Below are positions 19,812-29,747 of a stretch of 64,000 bases of DNA, one piece after another. The first letter of the stretch is position 1, and each line of letters starts with the position of its first letter. The stretch is from contig JBGARZ010000007.1 of the NCBI GenBank assembly GCA_044229975.1, positions 192,001-256,000 of the forward strand. The letters run 5' to 3'. The DNA is from Polyangiales bacterium. Its GTDB lineage: Bacteria > Myxococcota_A > Polyangia > Polyangiales > Ga0077539. A program made the position numbers and the translations under genes. Under the pieces are notes generated by a model, which saw only the letters and a list, made by a program, of their open reading frames with translations, did not search any database and was not told the DNA's origin.

Positions 19812-20566
19812 TCAGAACGTCCCGAGCAGCAAGAGCCCCGCCGACCTCCCGAGGAGCGACGGGGCGACGGTCCAGTGCGCGGACCCGGACCCGCGCGATG
19901 CGTCGACGCGGTCGAGGACGATCGTGCTGACGATGTGGCTCGTCGTCGCGGCGAGCGAGAGACCCGCGAGCGAGTACAGTGCGATCGCCTCCTCGTCGTG
20001 GTCGGCCGTGACCGCGAGCGCGACGCTGCCCACGGTCGCGAGGCCCCCGTAGATCGCGGAGACGACCATCGCGCCCGTCGTGTTGGTGCGTCGGCCCCAG
20101 GTGAGCCCCACGTGCACGACGGTGAACGCGGTCACCGCGGAGACGCGCCGATCCACGGGTCGCGCGGGCGTGCGCCGAGGCCGCCGTACCCCAGGCCGGC
20201 CATGCCCCAGTACGTTGCCGCCAAGAGCGTTGCCGGGAACGCGGCCTCCCCCATGGCGGGCTGGGTACGGCCGATGAGCCCCATCCAATACAGCGACGCG
20301 ATGCCCACGCCGGTGCCAAACGTCGCGTACACAGCGGAGGCGGCAAGCGACGGGCGCTCGTCGTTCGCGAACTCCACGGCCGACACGACGTAGGGCGTGA
20401 GGCTCAGCGCGGTCAGCTCAAGCAGGAAGGTGCCGCCGATCACCGCCCCGGCGGTCCCGTACACCACGGCGCCGATTCCGTGCGCGTGCGCGATGCTCGG
20501 GTGAGCCGCAAGCGACGCCAGGACCATCACACCCACCAGGCCGCTCCGGAGGCGCGTCATGGGCAT
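19812..20566 (-). pseudogene. Membrane protein interrupted by an apparent 1-bp frameshift near 20145
   Basis: Hydrophobic frame MPMTRLRSG...DPWIG continues in another frame as VSAVTAF...LLLGTF; span of 755 nt is not a multiple of 3. Confidence 0.65.
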
Positions 20567-20592
20567 TGATGATCGCACGCTGGAGCGACCGG

Positions 20593-21046
20593 TCAGAGTG
20601 CGAGCGTCATGAAGACGCTGTTGGGGTCGGGGCGGTAGTGCGCGTAGGGCCCGCACTCGACGAAGCCGTGTCGGCGGTAGAGCGCGATCGCCGGGTGGAA
20701 GTACGCCATCGACCCGGTCTCCAGACTGAGCCGGGTGTGACCCCGCTCCGTGGCCGTCGCGATGATGTGTCGCAGCAGCGCCGCGCCCACGCCGCGTCCG
20801 CGCGCAGCTTCGGCGGTGTGCATCGACTTCACCTCGCCGTGGTCGGGCGCGAACGCGTGCAGCGCGCCGATGCCGAGGAGCGCGTCGCCCTCCCACGCGG
20901 CCCACAGCGTGATGGACGGGATGCGGAGGCCGGAGAGGTCGAGCGCGTGGGCGCTGCCGGGCGGGGACGCCGCGCGCGCGGGTGAAGTGGACGCGCAGCA
21001 GGTCGATGATGCGCGGGTCGTCGAGGTCGGCGGGGAGGATGTTCAC
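20593..21046 (-). pseudogene. GNAT acetyltransferase (YedL/YsnE-like) with a frameshift in a (GC)n tract near 20975
   Basis: DLDDPRIIDLLRVH in one frame; SPPGSAHALDLSGL...EVKSMHTAEAARGRGVG...LSLETG...DPNSVFMT in another; span 454 nt. Confidence 0.8.
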
Positions 21047-21053
21047 GGGGCGA

Positions 21054-22043
21054 TCATCGCGCAGGTCGCGACGAACGGACGCGGGCCAGTTCGACGAGCA
21101 ACGCCTCGGCTCTCGGGTCGGTCTTCGCGAGCAGCGTCAGCTTCGCGACGGCGACCTCGGGCAACGCCCTGTTGTTCAGGATCCCCTGATTGAACCAGTA
21201 GTAGATGTGTCGATGGATCACGGGCCGCTCTTCGTCGAGGAGTGCGAGCGCCTCGTTCACATACCTCTCGTAATAGTTGAGCAGCCAGGGAAACTCCGCT
21301 TTCGCGGCCACGGCCTCGCCTGACGCGACGATGCCGTCCCGAGCCTCGATCGCGGCCGCGCGGACCTTCTTGCTGCGGTCGCCTGCGAGCGTTTCGAGCG
21401 TCGCGAGCGCAGGCGCCAGGCGCTCCGCCGCGTTGAGCGTGTAGTGGCCGACGTGATCGAGCATGGTCGCGCCGAGAAGGCGCACCTTGGCGTCGTCATC
21501 GGTGCAGAGATCGAGGATGTCGTCGATCGACTCCGCCCCGACGCCATCCAGCAAGATGTGCCAGTCGTTGCCCCTGCGCATCATCTGCAGCCACTGCGAC
21601 ACCGACCATAGCGAGATCATCGCTTCATCGGCTTTCGCCGCGGCCAACGGCGCTTCGAGGCGCAGCGCGACCTTCTCGCCGCCATCCAGCCAATCGAAGC
21701 GGAAGCCCAGGGTCACGAGCGTATCCTCCACGCTCGCCTTCAACTCGCCCTTCCATTGCCCCTGCGCGAGCACCTTGATGCTCGGGTAGAGGTCGTTGTC
21801 GACGTTGGTCGTCACGAGGTAGGTGCGTCTCTTCGATGTCTTCGAGAGCGCCATCGCGAGTGCACTTGCGTCCACCCTTTCCGATCCTGGCTCTTCATCG
21901 ATGATCGCGACATATCCCTTGTCGCCGTCGAACAACGCCCACGGGCGGTCGTCCTCGGGATCCTGTCGGGTGACCTTCAAGATCGTCGGTTCGAGCCGCT
22001 TCACGCTGCCAGGAGCGAGGACGATCCAGTAGGGCAGGTCCAT
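21054..22043 (-). CDS. Hypothetical protein with a HEAT-like helical C-terminal part
   Basis: 329-aa ORF; DDDAKVRLLGA and DRSKKVRAAAIEA HEAT-like motifs; lower GC3. Confidence 0.65.
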   Translation of the reverse strand: MDLPYWIVLAPGSVKRLEPTILKVTRQDPEDDRPWALFDGDKGYVAIIDEEPGSERVDASALAMALSKTSKRRTYLVTTNVDNDLYPSIKVLAQGQWKGELKASVEDTLVTLGFRFDWLDGGEKVALRLEAPLAAAKADEAMISLWSVSQWLQMMRRGNDWHILLDGVGAESIDDILDLCTDDDAKVRLLGATMLDHVGHYTLNAAERLAPALATLETLAGDRSKKVRAAAIEARDGIVASGEAVAAKAEFPWLLNYYERYVNEALALLDEERPVIHRHIYYWFNQGILNNRALPEVAVAKLTLLAKTDPRAEALLVELARVRSSRPAR

Positions 22044-22280
22044 GCGGGGACGGTAGGCCGTCCCCGCTGTCGCCGAACAGCGAACCCGACGTCAGCCCGC
22101 GCCGCGCCATCGTGTGCCGCGCCTCGTCCAGCGGTACCGCGAAGGTCTGCGCCCGCACCGCCGGCGCGACGAGCGTGAGGGAGAGCGTCAGGGCGAGAGC
22201 GTGTGGTCGCATGGTGGGCCAACCTCGTGCTCGCCGCGCTACTGGCAATCCTCCGATCTTGTCGCGCCTCGACGACCGGC

Positions 22281-23369
22281 TCAGGGTGCTCCGCCCTCCG
22301 TCAGCGCACGCATCAGGTCGACGGCCGAGCGGTGCACCAGGTTGGGCGCGATCTGTCCGCTCCACAGCGAGATCACATCGGAGCGCCCCGCCGACGCGGC
22401 CGCCGCCTTCAGGTGCCCGGCGATCCAGCTCTGGATGGGAAACGGCGGCAGCTCCGGCACGCGGCGATGCACCTCGCGCGTCCAGCGGTTGACGATGCCT
22501 CGCGCCAGTCGCCCGGTGAACGACCGCGTCAGCACCGTCTCACGCGCGTCGGCGCTGAAGAGCTTCTCGCGATGCGCCGGTGACGCGCCCGACTCCACGC
22601 ACGCCAGAAACGCCGTCCCGATCTGCACCGCGTCGGCGCCCAGCATCCGCGCCGCGGCCACACCACGGGCGTCGCACACGCCTCCCGCCGCGATGACTGG
22701 CGCCTTCACCCGCGGGGCCACGAGCTGCGTGAGCGCGAAGGTCCCCGTGAGGTTGTCCTCCGCGCTCCCGATGAACGACACCCGATGACCGCCCGCCTCC
22801 ATGCCCGTCGCGACGATGGCGTCGACGCCCGCCGCGTCGAGGGCCTCGGCCTCCGCGAGCGTGGTCGCCGTCCCGACGGTGACGATGTGCCTGCGCCGAC
22901 ACTCCGCGAGCACGGCCGCCGAGGGGATGCCGTACACGAAGCTGAACACCGGCGGCGCCGCGGCGAGTAGCGCCTCGATCTGCTCGTCGAAGGGGTGATG
23001 GAAGCGCGCGGGCAGCGCGGGCAGCGGGACGCCGAGCTCGTCGAAGTAGGGCGCGAGAACCTCCAGCGCGCGGGCATACACGTCGGGGGCGATGGCGAGC
23101 CCGCCGGGGTCGTGGTCGTTGACCCAGAGGTTGATGTTGAAGGGGCCGTCGGTCGCCGCGCGCAGCTCTGCGACGAGGGGGCCGATGCGCTCGGCGGGGA
23201 GGTTCACCGCGCCGAAGGAACCCAACGCCCCGAGGGACGACACCGTCGCTGCGAGCGCGACGCGGGAGAGCCCGCCGCCGAAGGGCCCCTGTACGATCGG
23301 GTGTCGCAACCCGAGCATCTGCGCCAGCCGCGACGAACCCGCTTTGCTCTCCCCGTGACTCGACACCAT
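22281..23369 (-). CDS. Nitronate monooxygenase family flavoprotein
   Basis: HPIVQGPFGGG, EAGGHR, PVIAAGGV.D.RG, GADAVQIGTAFL, TRSFTGRLARG, LWSGQ. Confidence 0.93.
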   Translation of the reverse strand: MVSSHGESKAGSSRLAQMLGLRHPIVQGPFGGGLSRVALAATVSSLGALGSFGAVNLPAERIGPLVAELRAATDGPFNINLWVNDHDPGGLAIAPDVYARALEVLAPYFDELGVPLPALPARFHHPFDEQIEALLAAAPPVFSFVYGIPSAAVLAECRRRHIVTVGTATTLAEAEALDAAGVDAIVATGMEAGGHRVSFIGSAEDNLTGTFALTQLVAPRVKAPVIAAGGVCDARGVAAARMLGADAVQIGTAFLACVESGASPAHREKLFSADARETVLTRSFTGRLARGIVNRWTREVHRRVPELPPFPIQSWIAGHLKAAAASAGRSDVISLWSGQIAPNLVHRSAVDLMRALTEGGAP

Positions 23370-23412
23370 CGCTCACCTCCGCCCGCGGTCTGTGCGGGCG
23401 AGGGATGCTCCG

Positions 23413-23922
23413 CTACCGTCGGCGCTGGCGCATCATCGTTCGGGCGAACTCGCCGTTGGAGGCGTTGAACGACGTGTAGTTGGGCCTGGCCGGTTGGCCC
23501 GTCAGCTCGACGCGGATGAACTCCTCGGCGCGCGTGCAGGTGAACACGAACTTCTGATCCCACGCCGTGCGCGCGATGCTGGTCGGCGAGAGCGTGTATC
23601 CCCCCTGCTCGCAGGCCCGGCGGCTGTCGATGAGCAGCTCCAGCACGTTGCGCTCGGCGCCGCCTTCGATGAAGTCCGGCGACGTCGGTCGCAGACGAAC
23701 GCCCGGGATGGCTGGTATCCACCGCGGCCAGCGTGGGTCGACGGCGGGCGCTGCCGGGGCCGCCGCGGGGGCGGCTGCCGCAGAGGGCATCGCGGGCTGC
23801 ACCGCGGGCGGGGTCGCCGTGGCGGTCGCGGTGGGGTTGGCGCTGCTCTCAGCGCGCTTGCATCCGCCCGCGAGGGCGAGGGTCGCGACGAGGGCATACG
23901 AGATGGTGGTGGGCTTGTTCAC
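23413..23922 (-). CDS. Hypothetical lipoprotein
   Basis: Lipobox LAGGC; Ala/Pro/Thr linker; GGAGG upstream. Confidence 0.65.
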   Translation of the reverse strand: MNKPTTISYALVATLALAGGCKRAESSANPTATATATPPAVQPAMPSAAAAPAAAPAAPAVDPRWPRWIPAIPGVRLRPTSPDFIEGGAERNVLELLIDSRRACEQGGYTLSPTSIARTAWDQKFVFTCTRAEEFIRVELTGQPARPNYTSFNASNGEFARTMMRQRRR

Positions 23923-24014
23923 GAGGGGCCTCCGATGCGAGGCACCACACCACGCCGCGCTGAAAGGCCCGCCTCAAGCGCCCTCAAGGAGCCTCAAGGA
24001 CGGGCGCGAGCCCG

Positions 24015-26099
24015 CTACAGCACGCACCCCGGCGGGCTCGCGGTCGAGCCGTTCACCAGCACCTGGAGCTGCACCCGCTCGCGCTCCCAGAAGCACAGCG
24101 AGTTCGCATAGAACAAATACCCATGCTGATACAGCGTCGGGTTGCGCCCGCGCGTGACCAGCCGCTCTGCGTCCGGCCAGTGCAGCGCCGCGTGCCTCCG
24201 CGCCACCACCGCTCGCCCCTCCGCCACCAGCGCGTCCAGTTGCGCCACCAGCGCCGGCGCCACTCCCTCGCGGCCGCCCTCTCCGAAGCGCAGCGCCGCC
24301 TCCCACGCCACCGCCGCGAAGCGCACGCGCAGCGCGTCCACCGCCACGCCGTCACGCACCTCCGCCATCCACGGGTCGCTCAGGTCGGCGCCGCTCGCCG
24401 TCACCGCCGCGAGCACCGCCTCGGTGTCCGTCGCGTGCTGTTGCAACGGCGTCAACACGTCGCGCACGAAGGCCGCCCGCCCCGCCGCGTCGAGCGCCGC
24501 CACCGCCGCGAACGCCGGCCGCCGCGGCTGCGCCACGATGCCGAGCCCTTCGCCCGCGTCGAGCACCGCCTCGCGCCCGGCCACGTACGGTCCGAGTCCG
24601 TGGGTGATGAGCGCGTCGTACTGGAGGTCGCCCAGCCGCGTGACCTGCCGCGCCACGATGCGCCCGCCCTCGCCCCACGGCGAGAAGAACTCCTCCATCA
24701 CATCGCCCCACCGCGGGGGTAGGTGATAGCCCATGCGCAGCACGGCGGCGTCGGTCTGCCAGTAGCCCCACTCCCACCCCGACGAGAACAGGCTGTGCTC
24801 GGTGAGCTCGCCGAAGCCACCGGCGCGGGCCGTCGCGCGCAGCCCGGCGAGGTCGTCGAAGCGCGCCCGGATATACACCGGCAGGTACGTCGGAACGCTG
24901 TTGTCGAAGGCCACCCAGTACGCCGACTCGGGGTGGTAGATGACCCGTTGCCCGGCGCGCAGTCGCTCCACGAGATACTCGCGGTGCTCGTCGAAGTTCT
25001 CGTGCCGGTACGCTCCGCCCGCGGGGCCAGAGAGCGGGTAGTACATCACCGTGTGCACCGACGGGACGATGCTCGGGTCGGCGTAGCGCACGAGGAAGTA
25101 GTAGAGCTGCGAGCGCCCCTGGTACTCGACGCGCAGCTCCTCCGAGTTGCCCACGTGGATGGTCGCCGACATCTCCGCCGTCGGTGACAGCTCGCCCACC
25201 ACCGCGCGCGCGTCGTTGACCCGCGCGATGAAGGTCTCCGGCGTGCTGCCCGAGAACTCCCCGAAGGTGAGGTTGATGACGTCCCACGCGACGCCGTCCA
25301 TGAGCACATGCAGGCGCGAGCGCATCTCGGCGCGCGGGTCGGCGACGTCGCGGTCGAGCAGATCAAACGCCCGCTGGAGGTTGCTGCGGCCGAAGAGCTG
25401 GATGCCCACACCGACCCGAACCCCGCGGCGATGCGCGTACTCCACGATGGCGCGGATGTGCGGTCGCCACGCGTCGGCGTTTTCGGCGGAGCGCTGGATG
25501 TCGTCGACGGCGACGACCTGGAGGTAGTTGCCGCGGTTCTTCACGAGCCAGTCGACGACGGACTTCGCGTGGGCGAGCTGACGGTCGCCGGGCGTCCAGA
25601 AGTCGAGCGACTCGATGGGGTGCAGCGTGTGGAGCTGAAGCCCGCGGACGGTCTGCTCCGGCGCGAACTGCGGGCCGAAGGCAGCGGGGTCGGCGGCGTC
25701 GAGGTTGACCTCCCACGGGCGCACCACCACGGTCGGATGGAAGTATCGATACCCGATGGTCTCCAGCAGGTGCGTGAGGCCGTACTGGGCGCCGAGGGCG
25801 TCGCCCGCGTGCACCGCCCAGACGTGGGCGGTGGGGGTGGAGGCGAGGCGTTCGAGGCGGTAGCACTCGCGGCAGGTGAGGTCGTTGAGCACGCGGATGG
25901 TGGGCAGCGCGGTCGACCCGGTCGCGACACCGAGACGCGGGAGCGCCGTCTCGCTGGCGTAGTCACGGAGCGGCGGCAGCCACGCAGCGGGCGCCTCGAC
26001 GCGAAACTCGGGCGACGGCCCGGCGTCGGCGGGCGGCGCAGGAGGCGCGGCGTCGGTGCACGCGGCGAGCAGGAGCGAGGCGAGGAGCGGGCTGCGCAT
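24015..26099 (-). CDS. Conserved hypothetical lipoprotein, possibly glycoside-hydrolase-like (GH20-type N-domain plus barrel)
   Basis: Lipobox LAAC; ECYRLE...VHAGDALGAQYGL resembles the hexosaminidase N-domain; RGLQLHTLHPIE. Confidence 0.65.
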   Translation of the reverse strand: MRSPLLASLLLAACTDAAPPAPPADAGPSPEFRVEAPAAWLPPLRDYASETALPRLGVATGSTALPTIRVLNDLTCRECYRLERLASTPTAHVWAVHAGDALGAQYGLTHLLETIGYRYFHPTVVVRPWEVNLDAADPAAFGPQFAPEQTVRGLQLHTLHPIESLDFWTPGDRQLAHAKSVVDWLVKNRGNYLQVVAVDDIQRSAENADAWRPHIRAIVEYAHRRGVRVGVGIQLFGRSNLQRAFDLLDRDVADPRAEMRSRLHVLMDGVAWDVINLTFGEFSGSTPETFIARVNDARAVVGELSPTAEMSATIHVGNSEELRVEYQGRSQLYYFLVRYADPSIVPSVHTVMYYPLSGPAGGAYRHENFDEHREYLVERLRAGQRVIYHPESAYWVAFDNSVPTYLPVYIRARFDDLAGLRATARAGGFGELTEHSLFSSGWEWGYWQTDAAVLRMGYHLPPRWGDVMEEFFSPWGEGGRIVARQVTRLGDLQYDALITHGLGPYVAGREAVLDAGEGLGIVAQPRRPAFAAVAALDAAGRAAFVRDVLTPLQQHATDTEAVLAAVTASGADLSDPWMAEVRDGVAVDALRVRFAAVAWEAALRFGEGGREGVAPALVAQLDALVAEGRAVVARRHAALHWPDAERLVTRGRNPTLYQHGYLFYANSLCFWERERVQLQVLVNGSTASPPGCVL

Positions 26100-26190
26100 C
26101 GTCGCGCAGCGTACCAGCGGACGGCAGAGCAGGTGATCGGCGCGACGGACGGGCTTGCGCGTGAGCGCGGCATCGGGCTGAAGTGCGACG

Positions 26191-26883
26191 ATGAGTGAGT
26201 CAGCGCCGGGGATGGTGTCGCGTCGGTCGTTGTTGGTGGGGACGGGGGCCGTCACGACCGCGGCGGTGATTCCAGGATGCGGCTCGACCGCGCGGCCGCC
26301 CGTCTACACGACGGACGTGGTCGCCGTGGACACGGCCGTCAGCGATGTGGCCCGCGACGTGGCGATGGACGCCCCCGACGCCGGGACGGGCCTCGACGCG
26401 GGCGATGCGGCGAGCGCACCCATCGACGCGGTGGATGCCTCCGACGTGGTGGACGCCGTCGATGCGGTCGATGCGCCGGACGTGGTGGACGTTGTCGATG
26501 TACCGATCGATGTACCGATCGATGTACCGATCGATATGCCGGTGGTGTGTACGCTCGATGCGGGGCCCGTCAGCGACTACGCGGTGGGTACGTTTCGGGT
26601 GTTTCTTTCGCAGCACGCCATCGTCGGTCGTGATGCAGGGGGCTTGTATGCGTTTACGAGCGTGTGCCCCCACTCGGGCTGCGACGTCGACCTCCCCGAC
26701 GCGAGCGGAACCATCACCTGCCCCTGTCACGGCTCGCAGTTCGACGCCAACGGCGACCTCACGCGCGGCCCCGCGAAGAGCTCGCTCATCCACGTCCCGG
26801 TCACCCTCAGCGCCGATCGCCGGGTGTGCGTCGCGACGACCGTGCTGGAGTCCGATCGCGCGCGCCGGGTGGCTGTGTCGTAG
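26191..26883 (+). CDS. Tat-exported Rieske [2Fe-2S] lipoprotein
   Basis: SRRSLL twin-Arg signal plus GC; acidic Asp/Val/Pro linker; CPHSGC and CPCHGSQF Rieske boxes. Confidence 0.9.
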   Translation: MSESAPGMVSRRSLLVGTGAVTTAAVIPGCGSTARPPVYTTDVVAVDTAVSDVARDVAMDAPDAGTGLDAGDAASAPIDAVDASDVVDAVDAVDAPDVVDVVDVPIDVPIDVPIDMPVVCTLDAGPVSDYAVGTFRVFLSQHAIVGRDAGGLYAFTSVCPHSGCDVDLPDASGTITCPCHGSQFDANGDLTRGPAKSSLIHVPVTLSADRRVCVATTVLESDRARRVAVS

Positions 26884-26895
26884 GGACTCGTGCCG

Positions 26896-27046
26896 TTTCG
26901 ACGTGTCCGAGGTGACCTTGCGAGGAACCGGCGACCGTGAGGGCGCCGGAATCCAAGGGCCCGTGGTGCGTCGCAGTCTCCTCGGAGGGATTCCGGCGCC
27001 CTCACGGTCGCCGGTTCCTCGCAAGGTCACCTCGGACACGTCGAAA
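26896..27046. mobile_element. Perfect 59-bp inverted repeat with 33-bp spacer, flanked by a 10-bp direct repeat (element D)
   Basis: 26896-26954 is the exact reverse complement of 26988-27046; GTAGGGACTC at 26880-26889 and 27057-27066. Confidence 0.85.
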
Positions 27047-27158
27047 GGGCTGCTTTGTAGGGACTCACCCCTCGTCGGGGTCTGAGGTTCGGAGCAGGCG
27101 TCGGCGGCGTGGGCTGGGACGGTCATGTCGTCGGTCCCTTGTGGGGACCAACGACGAG

Positions 27159-27196
27159 CACCTCGCGTCGCCACGACGCCTACTCCGAATCCCAGG
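27159..27196 (-). repeat. GTAG-type REP-like repeat, copy 1
   Basis: Minus strand reads CCTGGGATTCGGA-GTAG-GCGTCG-TGG-CGACGC-GAGGTG; identical to 30543-30580. Confidence 0.8.
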
Positions 27197-27199
27197 TCG

Positions 27200-28066
27200 G
27201 GGTGCTCACGGTTGCACTCTCGCGCGTAGATCTGGAAGGCCGCGACGAAGAGCGCGAGGGCGAGCGGGCCGAGGATGATGCCCCAGCCGCCGAAGGCTTC
27301 GAGGCCGCCGAAGATGCCGAGGAAGAGCAGCAGCGGGTGCACCTTCGCCGCGCCCATGCGCGCGAAGAACGGTCGCAGGATGTTGTCGATGCTGCCGATG
27401 ACGACCACGCCGACGACCCCGAGGATGATCGCCTCCTTCGTGCGTCCGGCGAGCCCGAGCAGCAGCGCGAGCGGCGCCCAGACGAGCGAGCTGCCCACGG
27501 TCGGGATGAGCGACGCGACGACGGTGAGCACGCCCAGCAGCAGCGCGCTCGGAAGACCGAGGATGACACTCGGTGAGCGATCCGCCGGCCGACATGAGGC
27601 GGTGGGTGATGCCCGTGGTGGCGCCTCCTCCTCCGCCGCTTCCGGGAGCGGGGTGGTCTCCTTGCAGCGATCGGACGAGCTGTTGGATGGCGGCCTCGGG
27701 GCGCCCCCGGCTGGCCGCCCGACCGAACTCCACCGCGATGCCTACGATGGGGACCGCGAGCAGCACCATCGGGGCGACGATGACGACGACGAGGAGGGCG
27801 GTGGCCACGGCGGCGACGTGGTGACGATCGCCGATGCGCTTCGCGACGCGGGCGCGCAGGTCGGCCGTGAGCCCGGCGAACCACGCGGCCACCACGATGG
27901 GCGCGAGGAACTTCAGCACGGTGAGGGTGGCCAACGCGCCGAGGGCGATCACGAAGACGGCGAGCGCGCGAAACTGCTCGCTCGTGGCGCCGCTGGTGGG
28001 CGTGGCCGGGGCGTCGGGGTTGGACATGGTGCGAGACACATGGAGCCCGAGCGCGGGATTGGACAT
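27200..28066 (-). pseudogene. AI-2E family transporter, internally deleted and frameshifted near 27570
   Basis: N-terminal FLAPIVVAAWFA...; C-terminal LIPTVGSSLVWAP..IDNILRP..HPLLLFLGIFGGLEAFGGWGIILGP in another frame; central segment missing; no stop before the REP. Confidence 0.75.
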
Positions 28067-28107
28067 CGCTCCACCGATGCGCGCGTGCGCGGTTACACTC
28101 GCGGTCG

Positions 28108-28737
28108 ATGACCAGTCACCCCGACGACGAGCTCAAGGGCAGCGAGGTTCGCCTCTGGAACCTCATCGAACAACGCGCCCGCCCCGGCGCCGACACCGCG
28201 CGCATCGACCAGCGCATCTGGGACCTCTTCGGCGAGGAGTGGGCCGTGATGTTCACCGACCTCGCGGGCTTCTCCCGCCAGGTCGCCGCCTTCGGCATCA
28301 TCCATTTCCTCCAGGAGATCTTCGAGCAGAAGCGCCTCCTGCTGCCCATCGTCGCCGCCCGCGACGGCATCCTCGTGAAGGTCGAGGCCGACAGCTTCCT
28401 CATCCTCTTCAAGCGCGCCGCGAGCGCCGTGCGCTGCGCCGTCGAGATGCAGCACGCCTGTCAGCGCTTCAACGAGCAGCGCCCCCCGGAGTCGCAGGTG
28501 CTCCTCTGCGTGGGCGTCGGGTACGGGCGCATCCTCCGCATCGGCGACGTCGACGTCTTCGGCGCCGAGGTCAACGCGGCCAGCAAGCTCGGCGAAGACA
28601 TCGCGAAGGCCAACGAGGTGCTCGTCACCCAGGCCGCCCGCGACGCGGCGGGCGAGGCGCCGGGGCTGTCGTTCAGCAGCATCGACACGGAGGTGCCGGG
28701 GACCACGCAGTCGTGGCGGCTCCACTACCCGCGCTGA
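28108..28737 (+). CDS. Stand-alone class III adenylate/guanylate cyclase domain protein
   Basis: AVMFTDLAGFS, LVKVEADS, DVFGAEVNAASKL. Confidence 0.9.
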   Translation: MTSHPDDELKGSEVRLWNLIEQRARPGADTARIDQRIWDLFGEEWAVMFTDLAGFSRQVAAFGIIHFLQEIFEQKRLLLPIVAARDGILVKVEADSFLILFKRAASAVRCAVEMQHACQRFNEQRPPESQVLLCVGVGYGRILRIGDVDVFGAEVNAASKLGEDIAKANEVLVTQAARDAAGEAPGLSFSSIDTEVPGTTQSWRLHYPR

Positions 28738-28749
28738 TGCGAGGGGGGT

Positions 28750-29685
28750 CTACAGCCCGCCGTAGTCGACGCCCGTGGCCTTGACCGAGATCGCCCACAG
28801 GCGTCGTGCGAGGTCGGGGTTGCGGGCGGCGCGTGACGCCTTCGAGCGCACCGGCGGGCCCGACGTCTCGGTGATTCCGCCGGGGCCGATGTAGTCGCCG
28901 CCGCGCGCCTCGGGCGAGGTCGCGGCGAAGAGCGTCGGCCAGGCGCCCACGGCGGACGGCTGCGCGAGGAAGCGGTTCATGAAGGCCGCGACTCCTTCGC
29001 TGTACCCGAACGCGCCGCCCGCGGCGGCGGAGGTTCCCTGGAGGTTGGTGGCGGCGTAGCCGGGGTGACAGGTGAGGGCGTGAAAGCCGAGGCCCGCGGC
29101 GGTGGCGCGGCGGTCGAGCTCGTTGGCGAAGAGAACGTTGGCCAGCTTGGTCTGCCCATAGACCAGCCACGGGTTGAGCCGCTTGCCTTCCATCATCGCC
29201 TCGAAGCGGTCGCCGCCGACGTGGTGCATGCCGCTGCTCACGTTGACGACGCGCGCCGACCCGGTCGACTTGAGGACGTCGAGCAGGAGCCCGGTGAGGG
29301 CGAAGTGACCGAGGTGGTTGGTCGCCATCTGGATGTCGAAGCCGTCTTCGGTGAGCGACGGCGGCAGCGCCATCACGCCGGCGTTGTTGCAGAGCACGTC
29401 GAGGCGCGAGTGCTTCGCGCGAAAGGCTTCTGCGAAGGCGCGCACGCTGGCGAGCCGCGACACGTCGAGCGCCATCACCTCGACCGAGGCGCTCGGGGTC
29501 TCGGCGCGCACGAGGGACTCCGCGTCGGTCGCCTTGGCGGGGTTGCGGCACGCGAGGACGACGTGGGCGCCCTTCGCGGCGAACATGCGCGCGGCTTCGA
29601 GTCCGATGCCCGAGTTGGCGCCGGTGATGACGACGACGTGGCCGGTCTGGTCGGGAATCTGCGCGGTGGTCCACGGGGAGGTCAT
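28750..29685 (-). CDS. SDR family oxidoreductase (retinol dehydrogenase-like)
   Basis: TGANSGIG, NNAG, TNHLGHF, VSS, YGQTK. Confidence 0.93.
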   Translation of the reverse strand: MTSPWTTAQIPDQTGHVVVITGANSGIGLEAARMFAAKGAHVVLACRNPAKATDAESLVRAETPSASVEVMALDVSRLASVRAFAEAFRAKHSRLDVLCNNAGVMALPPSLTEDGFDIQMATNHLGHFALTGLLLDVLKSTGSARVVNVSSGMHHVGGDRFEAMMEGKRLNPWLVYGQTKLANVLFANELDRRATAAGLGFHALTCHPGYAATNLQGTSAAAGGAFGYSEGVAAFMNRFLAQPSAVGAWPTLFAATSPEARGGDYIGPGGITETSGPPVRSKASRAARNPDLARRLWAISVKATGVDYGGL

Positions 29686-29747
29686 GGAGGCGGGTTCTAC
29701 GCGCGGAGGTCGCGCGGGCGCAACGGGCGGGGGTACCGTCGCGGGCG

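Noticed and set aside
26497..26536. 12-bp tandem repeat GATGTACCGATC as a separate element
   Set aside because: It is an in-frame DVPI linker expansion inside the Rieske protein.
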